A stretch of 63,538 bases of DNA, the filler included, from Pelomyxa schiedti (taxonomy: Eukaryota > Protista > Evosea): assembly GCA_020536535.1 (NCBI GenBank). It is 14 parts of 14 records of this genome, joined end to end, with 100 filler letters (N's around TTAATTAATTAA, not from the genome) between each part and the next. Parts side by side here need not be neighbours in the genome. Positions count along the whole stretch, not along the records: positions 1 to 7,307 come from JAHLWZ010001364.1; positions 7,408 to 12,096 come from JAHLWZ010001566.1; positions 12,197 to 23,014 come from JAHLWZ010001254.1; 11 more parts are not named here. One strand, 5' to 3'. Every line of letters begins with the position of its first letter. Position 1 is the first letter of the stretch. Shown one piece after another: positions 1 through 12,317 of the stretch. The position numbers were made by a program, and so were the translations under genes. The notes below the pieces were generated by a model that saw only the letters and a program-made list of their open reading frames with translations, was not told where the DNA came from and did no database searches.

Positions 1-142
1 TCACTTGGGATTTGGTGGGAAAAAGCGCTTGTTTGCTCAGCCAGGGATTCTGGGTCAAATCTAACGAATAGCTCGAATTCCTGGGGTAGCCCAAATTTCT
101 AACCGAGGTACCTTTGCCACAGCTGGCAAACAATAAAAAAAA

Positions 143-2762
143 ACGAAGAGGGCCGCAGCAGACCGCGTAGTGTTCGTGTCACGAGTGCTGTGGGACCACG
201 TGGTGGTGCCCTGGATAGCGAACGGCGGTCCCGCAGGCGGGTGCGGCCTCCCCAAGGGCGCCGTGCAGTGCCTGCTGAGCGTCGGCGAGGCGGCGTTCCC
301 GCTCGTGGCGCTGTGCTGCCGCGCCGCCGCGCCGCCGCCCTGGCGCCAGGTCACGGACACAGACGGCGTCAGCGGGTACTACCGCGCCATCGAGGACGCC
401 GCCGCGGCCCAGGCGCCCAGCTGCGTGGCGTGGATCATCGCGCACAGGCCCGGGCCGCAGCGTGACACCAAAGCCGGAGGAGGCGGAGGCGGAGGCGGAG
501 GCGGAGGCGGAGGCGGAGGCGGAGGCGGAGGCGGAGGCGGAGGCGGAGGCGGAGGCGGAGGCGGAGGGGGAGATGGCGGCCGCCTCCGCGGCTCCTGGGG
601 GCGGAGGAGGAGGCAGGCCAGGGAGCGGGTGGGGGTGCTGGCTGGGCTGTGCCGCGGGGGGCACCTGGAGACGGCCACGCGGTTCGCTGAGAGCAACTGC
701 GAGTGTTGGGTGGTGCCCGGAGGCGGCGGCGGCGGGGCAACGGCCTCCTCTGGAAGAAGGGGGGACCAGCGGGAGTGGAGGTTCTGGCCCACTTTGGACG
801 CGACATGTGGCGACGGTAGCGGTACTAGTACGGGAGGTGTCCGGCGGATTCAGGCGGGTTCTTGTTCCTCTTCTGACTGTACTGCCGTGTGTATTTTCGT
901 TCCTCGAGTTGTGAAAGTATTAACGTGCTTGCCTGCATTCCCATCTTATCTTGTGCAGGTCTCGACCTCACAGAAGTGTTGCTTCGCTGGTTACGAAAAC
1001 GGCTTGAATTATTTGACAGAACTGGGAGACGAATTCTGGAGTGCGAGAGGGATATTCCGCATCATGAAAGAAGTGTGTTCAAAGGGGCATTTGGAAGTTT
1101 TCAAGTGGATTCTCTGCAACCTGTTTCACATCAACGAGGGCAACAAAGTGATGCTCAGAGATTATCTTATTCAGTCTGCAGAAAAAGGTCACTTGCATAT
1201 TCTCAAGTGGCTGGTGGATACCTTTGCGTTGGAGAGTGTTGCTGAGAGTATAACGTACGGACTGCCGATCTATTTCCGGGCCAAGAACAGTATCTATGAC
1301 CTGAAGAGGTTTAGTGAGACCTTCCCACACTGGGAGTATTCTGATTCGAGTGTAGTGCTCGACTCGGTTGGATTATCAAAAAGCTCTACCGCTGAAGAGA
1401 CGATTGAGGTGTGTCAATGGATCAAGGACTTTTTCCATTGGGGTGGTGGGGCTATTGCTCTTGGGAAGAACATCAGGCATGCCGAGGTGATGAGGTGGGC
1501 ACTCTCTGATGTCACAGACGAAGATTCATTGGCAGAAGCTTTCTCTCTATCCTGCGTTCGGTTTGGGGATGTTGAACTGGGAAAGTGGTTTGTTGAGGAA
1601 AAGGGAATCACTCCAAATGCTTATGACTTCACTGCTGCTTGTTCTGGAAAGCATGACAACACAGTGTTTGTGGAGTGGTTGTCAAAGCATGTTTCTCTGG
1701 CAGCCACAGAATTGCTCGAATCCCTCCACAGGGCGCTGGCACGCCAACATGGTTCAATTTCAACATGGCTGGAGAAACGCCTCCTGGAGATCACAAACAC
1801 CAAGCCAAGACTCTCTCTTCAGGAGTTGGTATGTAATTGCCGGACTCGTCATTTTCATGAAAACTGGCTGCAGTGGGTGATGAGCCATTCCAGCAGTTCC
1901 TGTAACCTTGACTGTAGTGAGACTGAGCTTATTAATACCGTAAAATCCAACATTGAACGGCGCTCTATGTTCCGCCTGCACATTGCTATCTCTATCTGGA
2001 CCAAGTTCACATTACCACCACAAGTCCACCATCACCTCCTTGTCAAAATGCTTATCGTTGCTCTGAGGTGCGGTACATTTCACCAAGTGCAGCAGGTTGC
2101 CTCCCTTGGTTCCTTCTCTGCATATGATATCGGCCAGTGCCTCTCCGCCATCTTCTTCCCGCTGATGACCGATTGCCCACAAAGCAAAAGCATCAAGTGG
2201 TTGATATCTGAGTTTATCCAGCGCTCACGCAAGCAAACCGCTGTGAAGGTAAGAAAGCCACTGCACAGAATGTTTGCTGCATGTATACATATGAACAAAC
2301 GGGGGTGTGCCCAGTGGCTTTTCCACCGGTTCCACATCACTCTTCCAGAGGTAAACATTCCACTCCACCAATTCTCTTCACGTTAATCCCACCATGCAGG
2401 TACTGGAGGAAGTGAACTCTGATGATTACCATTTCCCACTAGCAGGGACTGTTGACCTATGCACGTGGAAGCTCATACTGCAGCTGTTCCCAGCCATTGA
2501 CAAGAATGTTACCATGGCCCACTTCATGCGGATTGTTGCTGCATCACCTTTGCATGGCTGGTTCACAATCAACAAGCTGGGTGTCACACTGGATGAGATA
2601 CTGCGGTTCTGCTCGCGCGGTTACGCCTACACCAGTGACTGGTGGATATTCTCCCACACTCTCACCTCAAGCAACAAAAAAAAGCACAAAAAAAAGGGCA
2701 AAAGAAACCCACCCATGCGGCACTATACCTTCTTTAGTTTTCTAGCCAAAATAGGTTTTTAA
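143..2762 (+). CDS. Ankyrin-repeat-like protein of an expanded family (spliced)
   Basis: ORF 170..2386 has degenerate ankyrin-like units (CRGGHLETA, CSKGHLEVFKW, AEKGHLHILKWLV). Intron 2351..2399 (GTAAAC..CAG) joins it in frame to ORF 2394..2762. A possible in-frame 72-nt intron lies at 887..958. It is paralogous to 12951..15168. There is no in-frame ATG at the 5' end. Confidence 0.7.
476..568 (+). repeat. (GGAGGC)n coding microsatellite encoding poly-Gly
   Basis: About 15 tandem hexamers are directly visible. Confidence 0.97.
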
Positions 2763-3104
2763 AACCCAACAAACGGAATGACAACGGGGCTGGAGGCGTG
2801 CGGCCTGCTGAGAGAGGGACGAGCACCGGAGTTAGATCCAGATCCAGAGTGGAGCGTAGGATGTTTGCTTCTCCCACGTTGGCACAAACTTCGTGGTGGG
2901 GTTGGAGAATGTGTGTGGTCATTTCCGCGGAGCCATGCATATTTCGGGGGGGGATGACACTGCCCTGTCCAACGAGGGGGCACTTGGCCTCGCTCCGCAT
3001 TTGCAGCACCTTGAACAAAAGTATAACCGCAGACCCACCTTCAATTAAACCAGTATAACCAGTAGCCGTCAAACCTTCTCCCACGTTGACACTTTTGTGT
3101 ACCA

Positions 3105-4169
3105 TCAGAACCAGAGGGATGTTTCTTGGATTTCATCAACTCTGAAACCAGGTGCAAGGAAGTCGACGATTGCAACAACAAAGACTGACAACGGCTCAAT
3201 AACTTGCAGGAGGGAATGTGGGGTGCCTGACACAACAAACATAAAGCCGCCGCCTGCTGTGCAGTTTCTTGCTGAGTGAACATCTGGGATTCTTATGTTG
3301 GTTGTGTCCAAGTCGTTGCAGTCCACCACATCCAGTGCTGTAAGCTCTGGGTGATAGACCGAGAAAAGTGGCCCACACACATGATTCATGATGCTGGAGG
3401 GCGACTGTAAACAGTGGCGCATTTTGGCATTTCCATCGGAGTTGGGCTTCACAGAAAACACCACAGCCCATGGTCCAGACAATGAGTCATACAGAATCTC
3501 GACAATGAACACACTTTGGCCCGATTTATCTTCCATTGCCAGAACGCGCGCCTTCTCACAACCCATAACGTATTCTGGTGGAAAAGTGCAGTCAGTTGTG
3601 CTCACCACTTGCAGACTCTTTGTTGCGTAAGTGGCTGCAACATCGACAACAAGAAGCTGCCTGTTTGCTTCATTGACATTCTCCAGCTTCCCAAGTATCA
3701 CTGCCTGTGATCGACCGGTCTGGCTCATGCAGCAATAGCGAATACGCAGGGGAACGTGTACCACCACAGTAAGCTCTCCTTCTGCAGCGGCCATGCTTTT
3801 AATGCCCAATTCACCGCCATTTGTGCAATACAGCACCCACTGTTCACTTCTTGTGCGGTGTGCGTACATACATCCCGGCCAAGTGCTCAAGACTACCTCG
3901 TTCCAACTTGCCGTGCGCGGAATTCGCTCAACCACTTTGGCGTTGACAATATCATCAAGTTGGCTGCTGTTCTCGCCAAACCAAACTCCGCTGCGATTCT
4001 CGTTCCTTTGTGTGACGAACACATCAATCACTCCCATAAGCACAAGTGACACGCCGATCCTGACCGTGACCTTACAATCTCCAGGCTGGACATTGCTGTC
4101 AACAAGAAACACCCTCTTGCAGCCGGCACCAATCACCCAGTCTCGCCAAAACTGATCTGTCCCAGCCAT
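3105..4169 (-). CDS. RCG-family beta-rich hypothetical protein, N-terminal RCG box missing
   Basis: Shares C-terminal motifs VVDVAATY..K.L.V.STT.C.FP, DCND and GGGFMF..IEP with 15241, 50142 and 60481. Confidence 0.75.
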   Translation of the reverse strand: MAGTDQFWRDWVIGAGCKRVFLVDSNVQPGDCKVTVRIGVSLVLMGVIDVFVTQRNENRSGVWFGENSSQLDDIVNAKVVERIPRTASWNEVVLSTWPGCMYAHRTRSEQWVLYCTNGGELGIKSMAAAEGELTVVVHVPLRIRYCCMSQTGRSQAVILGKLENVNEANRQLLVVDVAATYATKSLQVVSTTDCTFPPEYVMGCEKARVLAMEDKSGQSVFIVEILYDSLSGPWAVVFSVKPNSDGNAKMRHCLQSPSSIMNHVCGPLFSVYHPELTALDVVDCNDLDTTNIRIPDVHSARNCTAGGGFMFVVSGTPHSLLQVIEPLSVFVVAIVDFLAPGFRVDEIQETSLWF

Positions 4170-4621
4170 CGTGGTCGTGGTTGTTTCGGTTTGGTTGAGG
4201 CTCCGTTAACTTTTATTTTGCTCGAAGCAACAGTCTCAGCAGTCCTCGCTCTTTTGTGTGTTGGTGAGGATTGTGGGTGAGAACCACGAGAGCCGTCCAT
4301 TGCGTTGGTGTCGTGTTCTCGGTAGCTAGTCGAATAGACTGTAGATCGCGGGATTAGAATGGCAAGAGATCCACCAAAGCTAAGCTGGTTGAGATTGGGT
4401 GTTGGTACACACCAGATCATACTACTTGGAATCCCGCCGTTAGGGATTGTATCGTGGAGTTGAGGCGCGTCGTGGTATTTTTTCTGAGATCTTGCTAGTG
4501 GAATCGGTTCACTGGCCCCTGTTGATGAAGTTTGCCGTTTGTGGTGGCTAACAGTGTCTTCTTTACTTGTCCTGGGAACAAAGGGTGTGCTGTCTGCTAC
4601 AAGAGTTGGCAAAAGTGCTAT

Positions 4622-6470
4622 TTAAATAACATGGTAATAATAGGCCCTGCGTTTGCAAAACGCAAGCAACACAGAGCAGAACTCGTCAATGTCAGAGAGA
4701 GCCTCGTTTGTGAACACAAGAGAACACACCTGTTCCACTGTGGGCACCACCTCTTGTTGTTGCTGTTGCTGTTGCTGTTGTTGTTGGCACCTCCTGCTTG
4801 CTGACGACGATGATGGTGATGATGATTTGGGCTCAAGGGAAATGAGGTTGTTGTGAAGCACTTTGATCAGCATGGATTCCACAGTTCCCTTGATGTCTGT
4901 TTGTCCAAAGAAGTTGATTGCATCCACGATGTCATGTGGGTCCTCAGAGAAGAGGAACGTGTTGTGTGGTGGTGGAAGGAACATGATGGCACCACAGATG
5001 AGAAGTGCCTGTGCTGCTGTTGGCCTGATGTTGGGGTCTCTCTCCAACAGGAAGGGTACAAGAGCTGAGATTGGAGTGCTGCCACGGAACTCGTCAGGAA
5101 TCAGGAATGGAACGCTGGATGCAAGGAAAATATTGTGGTCAATCTCGTTATGCCGGTAGTAGGGGTGTATGCCTGCTATAACTTCAAAGAGGACACAGCC
5201 CAGTGCCCACACATCATTCTTTGCCAGAGGAATCCTTTGTTGATCACGAGAGTGTGGGTGTGGTCGAGACACTTCTGGGGACCTATTAATTCCGTTTCCT
5301 TCAAAAGTGTAACCAGTCTCGCAGATGAACTCACCAGTGGGGCACTCGATGGATGTTCCCAAGTCACAGAAGACCCAGATGTCACCCCTCAGTGCGTGGG
5401 AGATGATGGTTGTTGTTGGCCTCTGAACGAGGAGAATGTTGTTTAGCTTGATATCATCGTGGAACCAACCATGGGTGTTCATGTGGGAACATGCACAAAG
5501 GCAACAAAATGCAAGAATCCACATACCGTGGGCAGTCTCGAGCGGATTCGACACCCTTCGGATGGTTCCATGTCGCCCGAATTTTTCATCAACGATTTTC
5601 GCAAGGTTGTTGATGCCAAGCTCCATGGTCAAGAAATAAGTGCGGTCATACATCACTATTGCATCAGGATCCCAGCTGCCTTCCACCCTTTTTCGGTCCT
5701 CACCAACAATCCGGTAATATGGGCGATTTTCTGGAGGAATAAGAGACAACAGCGTTCTCCCGAGGAAAGAATTGTAGACAGTGACAAAGCACCAGTGTGG
5801 ATAGATATGTAGAAAAAGGTACTCACAGTCATAGGTTTGCTGCAGGCGGGTTGTTCTCACACCATTACTGTAGTTGAACATCATTTTCAGAGCCACTTCA
5901 CTTGCTTCAGCGTGTGTTTCAGGTAAAACACGTACTTGGTAAACACTTCCGTTGCTTCCCATGCCAAGACAGGATTCTGCTGATATTTCTGATATTGCAA
6001 GCCCAAGTTGTGTTACGATTCCAAGTGCTCCCTTTCTGATAACACAAAGTCGATCTTGCGTAATTGTTCCCTTAAGTTTGGTGTTCTCATTGATGAGAGC
6101 CCTTTTCTGTTCATCCTCTTCTGACATGTAAAAAGCTTCTAATGTTAATTAAGCCTTACCACGCATTATCTGCTGTGAAAGCTTCTTGAGCTGTTCCTCC
6201 CGTGTTTGGAGCCTCCTTTTTAGTGGGCAGTAACCTTGGCCTGTGAACCGCAGGGGAAAAAATGCAAAGATTAGACTACACACTGTCATCATCGCTTTCC
6301 TCGTCAGTGTCTGAATCTGAATCTACATCGGCAAACCAGTCATAGAGTGAATCCCACAATGACTGAGGTTCCTGATGGGTGTTCCCTTGCAGTGAAGATG
6401 AAGTTGCAGAGCAGGAAGTGGTTCCAGCGGCAGAGTTTGGTGGAACAACTGGGTCGTTTTCGCGGCTCAT
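4622..6470 (-). CDS. PINK1-like Ser/Thr protein kinase (main exon 4622..about 6120, upstream exons likely)
   Basis: Kinase motifs GMGSNGSV, ALKMMFNY, HDDIKLNNILL, DLG, GNGINRSPEV, KNDVWALG and RDPNIRP. GT-AG introns near 6122-6159 and 6241-6280 link it to acidic ORF 6276..6470. The true start is uncertain. Confidence 0.85.
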
Positions 6471-7307
6471 TTGTGGGGTGGTTCCGGATTGTGGTGGAGG
6501 GGTGTGCCAAGGAGAGAGTGAGGGGAGAAGGGGAGGCAGTGGTCTGTGCTCCCTGCATGCAGGGCCGTCTATTTGGCTTCTTGGGATTGCTTCACAATGC
6601 CGTCTTGGCCGTACTCTTAGGTTTGTGCTTGTGCTAGTACTGGTGTTTGGTGGTGTTGCTCGGTTCTTGTGGTTTTATTACTATAATTTGCAGTTGTGAT
6701 ACAAACGCTATCTTACCGTTGCATGACGCTTTTTTTGTTCTTCAATCTTCCCCGGCATGTCGGCAGGGGAGACAGCTTTTTTTTTTTTTTTTTAGTGTTC
6801 CCTGCAAAGTTGGTTCTTTTGATAAGTTGGTGGGCAAACCAAACTTTACTTAGAACCAAAGGGCGAATATACGTAAAGATATAGGGAAAAGTACTGGCTA
6901 GATGTAGCTGTTCGTTTAAACCATTGTTTGTTCACCGTCTTTTCCCTGCGTTCTTACCATTTTCCCATCATCACCGAGGGGCAAACGACTGATCAAAAAC
7001 TGTTTTTCTTTGAAAAAAAATACGAAAAGCTGCAAGTGCCGATGATGGGCTGTCCGTTATGTAGAACGCAACGGGTGATATGTGTACACCGTCGTGCATT
7101 CTCGGGGCGGTTGGGCGGAGGCTCATGAAAACTCGACCAAAATCCACCCCTGCATTGCTGTTGTTGGGTCGTTGGACTGGTTTGTCCAGAATGTTGTATC
7201 TGTGTGTAGCGCAGCCGCAGTTGCGATTGTGATTGTGATTGTGGTTGCGGTTGCGGTTGTTGCAGCTGTGGTGTTGTGGTTGCAGTCAGGGACTGTTATA
7301 GTGACAC

Positions 7308-7407
7308 NNNNNNNNNNNNNNNNNNNNNNNNNNNNNNNNNNNNNNNNNNNNTTAATTAATTAANNNNNNNNNNNNNNNNNNNNNNNNNNNNNNNNNNNNN
7401 NNNNNNN
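7308..7407. other. Artificial contig linker (44N-TTAATTAATTAA-44N), first of 13
   Basis: Identical 100-bp linkers with stops in all six frames start at 7308, 12097, 23015, 42750, 43910, 45560, 47015, 48394, 54282, 56073, 58541, 59845 and 62253. Confidence 0.99.
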
Positions 7408-7415
7408 TTTTTTTT

Positions 7416-10400
7416 TTATTCTGTGAGCACAAGCCAGTCCTCCAGGTCTTCGAAAGCATCGTTAGGGTCTAGTTCCTGGTCGGAATTGCAGTCCAGGGAC
7501 AGAAGGTAGTCGATTACTGTGTTCCGGCTCCTGGCTGCCGTGTGTGTGCGTTTCTTTCTGCGTTTTTTCCGGCTATTTGCAGTTGGTGTAGTTGACGCTG
7601 ATGTCGATGTCGATGTTGAAGTTACCGGTTTTGGTGGTGATGTGTTGGTTCTGGCTTTCTTTGTGTGTTTTGACTTGTTGGAATGTGATGCGGGGGCCTG
7701 CGGTTGTTGTTTTCGCGCAGAGGCGGAGGTTTTCCTTGTGGATTTGCGCTTGGGGCTTGTTTTGGAAACGGTATCAGAATCGCTGCTGGAAGGAATTGCT
7801 CCGCCGGCCGAGCCGGGCGATTCTGGAGTTTCGGAATCACTTTCAAGCATTTCTTCTGCGTATTCTTCAGCGGATGCGGATTCGGACTCTTCTTCTTCTT
7901 CGGCCGATGATTCTTCTTCTTTTCCTTCTTCATTGCGACGGGGAGGAAGCTGGTTGCACATGAATTGGAGTTTGGCACACCTTGGTGTGATCGCATTTAC
8001 CATGCGTTTAGTTTGTGGCCTCACGGAATCAGCTCCGCCTTTTTCCACCCACTGTGTGATGTCTTTGGAGAGTCTCAGGACAAGTGAGACCGGCCAACAT
8101 ATTTCACTTTCTGGAGAGGTGCTGCTGTTGGTTTCGCGGAGGTTGTTGTGAATCCTGATGCAGAGAAGAACGAGGATGCATACAACGCGGAAAACCAGTG
8201 CCGCGGCGGACACCGTGAGCTGAGACGTACACGCGGCTTTAAATAGTTGGAATAGGTAGTCAATCGCACTGTCAAAAAGCGGTTTGTGAAGGCGTGCTAC
8301 GAACTTCTTTGTCTCTATCTGTTGAGGCAGCAAGTTTCCAATAGAGATATAGCTGAGTTTGCAGGTGCAAAATAAGTGGTGCATGAAGAACGAGAGAATG
8401 GCGGAGACAATTCTTGAGCGTGATTGCAAGAACTTCTTGTACTGCCGGGTGTACTTGGAAACAAATTTCGTTTGCACCAGCGGCATCTGGGAGTACCTGG
8501 GGGACAGCGAAAATGACTGCTGTAGAACTCCAGAAAGAAACCTGGGGGCACTGTCCAGGTCGCTGTAAAGTATAAGTTGCAGCATCACCTCCAGAGTTTG
8601 AGGGGGTGGTGGAACATGAGGCACTCTCATCTGACACAACTTCTCCTTCATAACACTGGCAATGCTCAATACTATACTGGTTGATGCCGGCGAAAGAACG
8701 ATGCTGTTGTCAGAGAGGTGGTGATGATGCTGTAAAAGAGATTTTCGCGTGAGGATCCAAATGAGGTTAACCTTGACAGAAAAGGATTGCAGCTCACACT
8801 CCACGGTAGAACGATGTGGTGGGTGGATTTTGAATGCCCGCAGTTGCTGTGAAAATGAATTCGCCCACGTGAGGAGAACAAAGATATTGTCGGAATGAGC
8901 CGATGAGTCACTGGCTGGATGGGAAATAAGTTTCAACACTTCTGGTGAGAAAAGGGCCTGCGGCAACATGCACACCACTTTTAGGCATGTGGTCTGTATG
9001 CCAAGCAGCTGTTTGCGTTCCGAAGGTGAAAGAGTCGTCTCAGAACTACCGGCATCAGTCATCTTTGAAAGTGTATGGCTCAAGATGAAGCATGTTATTC
9101 CGGTGTCATTATGGTCCACCAGATGCGGTTTGAGGTTGTGAGTTCGGGTATTAAGTATTTGTGTGTAAATCACGTTGACAGCAAAATTCAAGGCTTTCAG
9201 CGGAGAGATATTGGACAGCTCGCACAATATTTCCCGGTGTTCATCCTCTCTTGGACCCAAGAGCAGGACTGCACATCGCTTTAGGACAGAAACCATTGGA
9301 GGAACCATTCTCTCAATAATCTCCCTGGAAACGCAGGAGTAAAACTTTACTGACCAGCACATCTTGTGAAGCCACTCGCAGCACAGTAACAGTGTTTCTT
9401 GCAAACCACCTTTGTGAAAAGTGCTGTCATATGCACACAAGGTCATGCAACAGGGCAGCATGAGATTGTAAGCACTCCTGATGTTGGGGATAAAGGTGCC
9501 AGCCTCACTCATTTTTCTGGGAGTGAAGCCCAGAGCCTTTGGTTCCAACTTTTCTGCAGCGAATTGAACGCAGACCCAATGTAAAATTACCTTCAAGGCA
9601 CAAACTCCTGGTGCTAGTGCTGTGCATTCCCCGTAAGTTGAGAGAAAAGAAACCGCACAGTGCAGGAGACTGTCAACAGGTTCCTCATGGTCAATAACAT
9701 AAGGAAGATATAGTTCTGCAAGCTCCGAGCCCATTTCACTATCCCGAGTTGTGGACAAGGTTACGATTTCCTCAAAAACTGGGGCCTCTTTCCTTGGAGG
9801 ATTTACCCACTGAATGCATGAACATAGCTTCTGTGTTAATGGCTCGGCAATAACCAGTGGGCTCAGGTAGTGTGGCGAGGCAAGGTACAACTTTTCACCA
9901 CACTTTTCAAACAGGACAGAGATAACGTCATACAGTGTGCGCCTTTCAATGTGAGAATAGGAAGGATGTAAAACAGCCTGAGTCAATGAATCACACACTA
10001 TTGTTACATAGTGCTCGATTTGATCCAACTCCATCTCATGTGGCCCACGTAAAAGGCACGGCAACAGTCCCGCCAGCAAGCACATTCCGATCACATGCGT
10101 ACCCCCTTTATGACCGGAAGAGAGTCCCGGGTCACAATCACCTTTTGTCAAGGTCTTGGTAAAGTTAAGTGTTTGCACAATCAGGGAGGGCAAGTGCAAC
10201 AGGAGTTCCTCAAATGCACACATAATCTGATAAGCACCCTTTGGGCCAATATCAATGGTATGCTGAAGAGTGAGAGAAAACAGAGCCTGCGAATCCGCAC
10301 ATTCGCAGCAAATCATTGCCCCCGCAATCTCGTGCAACACCTGTAAAAAAGTATTGGACTGAGTATCCAAACTGGGCTGCTTCCTCTTGGAATTCATAAT

Positions 10401-12087
10401 AGTGCAGTGAGAAAGTCTTTGCAGAAGAGTCAGCAGGACAAGCGGTCGGGATTCAGGTGACACACAGAAAACTTGTTTCAAAAGGAGGCATCCAAATTCC
10501 CGAAGGGGCTGGAGAGTTTGAGATTCGCATAAAATCTCAACTGAAGTGAGGGAAGGAGGGATGTCACGAATGGAGCATAAATAGCAGCCAAGCTCCAACC
10601 AGACATCCATAACGTTGGGCAATAGAAGTAATTTAACGACACTTTGAATATCTCCAGACTGCAGGAAGCCCGTGCTGGAGAACAAAATTCCAAGGGCTTT
10701 GAATATCTGTTTCCGTAGAGTGGTTGTATGTGCTGCCGCTATCAGAAAGACCAGTGCACCACGCCACAGACCAGAATACTTATTGTCAGAGGAATACGTT
10801 CCGGCCGTGGTTTGATCCGTCACCAGTATAGTGCACTGTGTGGCCTCAACTGGGAAGTCCAAAAATGCAGCAACTATTTGTGATCCGCAATGAGGAAGAC
10901 GGGACCAAAGATGAGATAGCAATGTGGAGAGTGTAGACACTGGAAGTGCCGTTGCCAGTGACGCGGCAATATATATCCAGGAAGAAGATGTACTCTTGTT
11001 GAAAATCGAGAAATGGAGAATGTCTTCAATGAACTGGTGAACCTGTTTTGTGTGTGCACACTGAACGGGTGGTGAGTAACAAGTCAATTCAGGAAAATTA
11101 CACTGGCTATATAGCATCACAGCAATGAATGCGCTTCAATTACCATGTCAGTTTTCTGTTCGTGCTGCAGCAACACAGAAAGCATTGAGGACAGAGTGGA
11201 AAGAGACTTGCGGGAAAGTATTCCCTCATTTTCAGAAAATGTCTCGCCAAAAGGCTCCACCCCTCCAATTCCACCAAAACCTCTCCGCATTGCAGCCGGC
11301 TCCGAGCTCCTTGATTCGGAACACCAATTGAGAGATAGTGCAACAGCGTAATGGCACACAGCCCAGGGGAAAATTTCACCCTCAATCCCTTTGCATAGTA
11401 CAGTACTCAGGTGTGACAAAACCTTTCCTCATTGTTACCAATCATAAAACAAAGCAGAGCCGGCTGTACCTTTTCAATCAAGCCCGGAACCATGTTGTAA
11501 AAGTGTGCCAGCCGTGAGCAGGCAGTGCCGACAATAACGGGTAGCAGCCTGCGGACCAGATCTTGTCTCACAATATTTGGTTGGTCAAGCACATTGGATG
11601 TTGGGAGACAAGCATTGTCGGCGATATAAAGCGCTATCTGGAGATTCATTAGATTTTTCCATTTTAAAAATAGTTCTGAAAGCACACCGATTCAAGTTGA
11701 GAATACAACTCCTGCCCAGATACTTGCCCAGATTTGGACAACAGACTCCGGCTCAAAGTCGGAAGAGCCGGGGTGTTAAAAGAAAGGATTTGGAAGAATA
11801 AGGAAGTCACAATCTGCTGGGCCTCCAGCACTCCGCACACACCTTCATCCACTCTCTACGTTTGTTTTGTGTTGTTTTTAGTCTTGAGACCCACAGTCAA
11901 TTTTGAGAGGCGCAGTGCGGACAAATAACAAGTTGTTACGTACCTTGATTAAATCATCAATTGCCCCAACAATCAGTCCCAAGTCACTCCTCCTGCTAAC
12001 AACCCCAACCCCAACTCCAACTCCATTCTCGTTCCCACAATAGAGTTCACCACCACCAGAACCTCCACTTCCATCTCTGATAACCAT
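7416..12087 (-). CDS. FANCI-like alpha-solenoid protein (multi-exon, 5' end near contig edge)
   Basis: A 1234-aa exon plus chained ORFs 11117..11419, 11407..11685, 11664..11852 and 11878..12087, joined by short introns. FGCLLLKQVF..RPLVL, FLQVLHEI, RRTLYD and EEPVDSLLHCAVSFL parallel FANCI segments as recalled. It has an acidic/basic tail with KKRRKKR. Confidence 0.6.
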
Positions 12088-12196
12088 TGCTCCCCCNNNN
12101 NNNNNNNNNNNNNNNNNNNNNNNNNNNNNNNNNNNNNNNNTTAATTAATTAANNNNNNNNNNNNNNNNNNNNNNNNNNNNNNNNNNNNNNNNNNNN

Positions 12197-12317
12197 CCAG
12201 CCACTTTCAAGAGATTAGGGGGTTGTTTTAGGAATTGTGTGGAGAAACCGAAAAAGCACCTCAGGAGGAAAGGCAGTCTTACCTGACATCTTCTTCATAG
12301 TGGCACAGGGGGATGGG
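12197..12317 (+). repeat. 121-bp dispersed repeat, copy of 17143..17263
   Basis: Direct comparison shows 3 mismatches. On the minus strand both copies read PIPLCHYEE(D/N)VR* followed by 3' sequence. Confidence 0.92.

Noticed and set aside
476-568. Long poly-Pro, (EA)n, (SA)n and (RL)n ORFs in other frames
   Set aside because: They are shadows of the GGAGGC microsatellite in GC-rich DNA.
7308-7407. Regularly recurring TTAATTAATTAA motif
   Set aside because: It is an artificial linker flanked by exactly 44 N on each side, so ORFs ending in X..LIN are artefacts.
11117-11900. Chain of overlapping ORFs suggesting programmed frameshifts or stop recoding
   Set aside because: Short GT-AG introns explain the junction examined and probably the rest. 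Long exons use the standard code.
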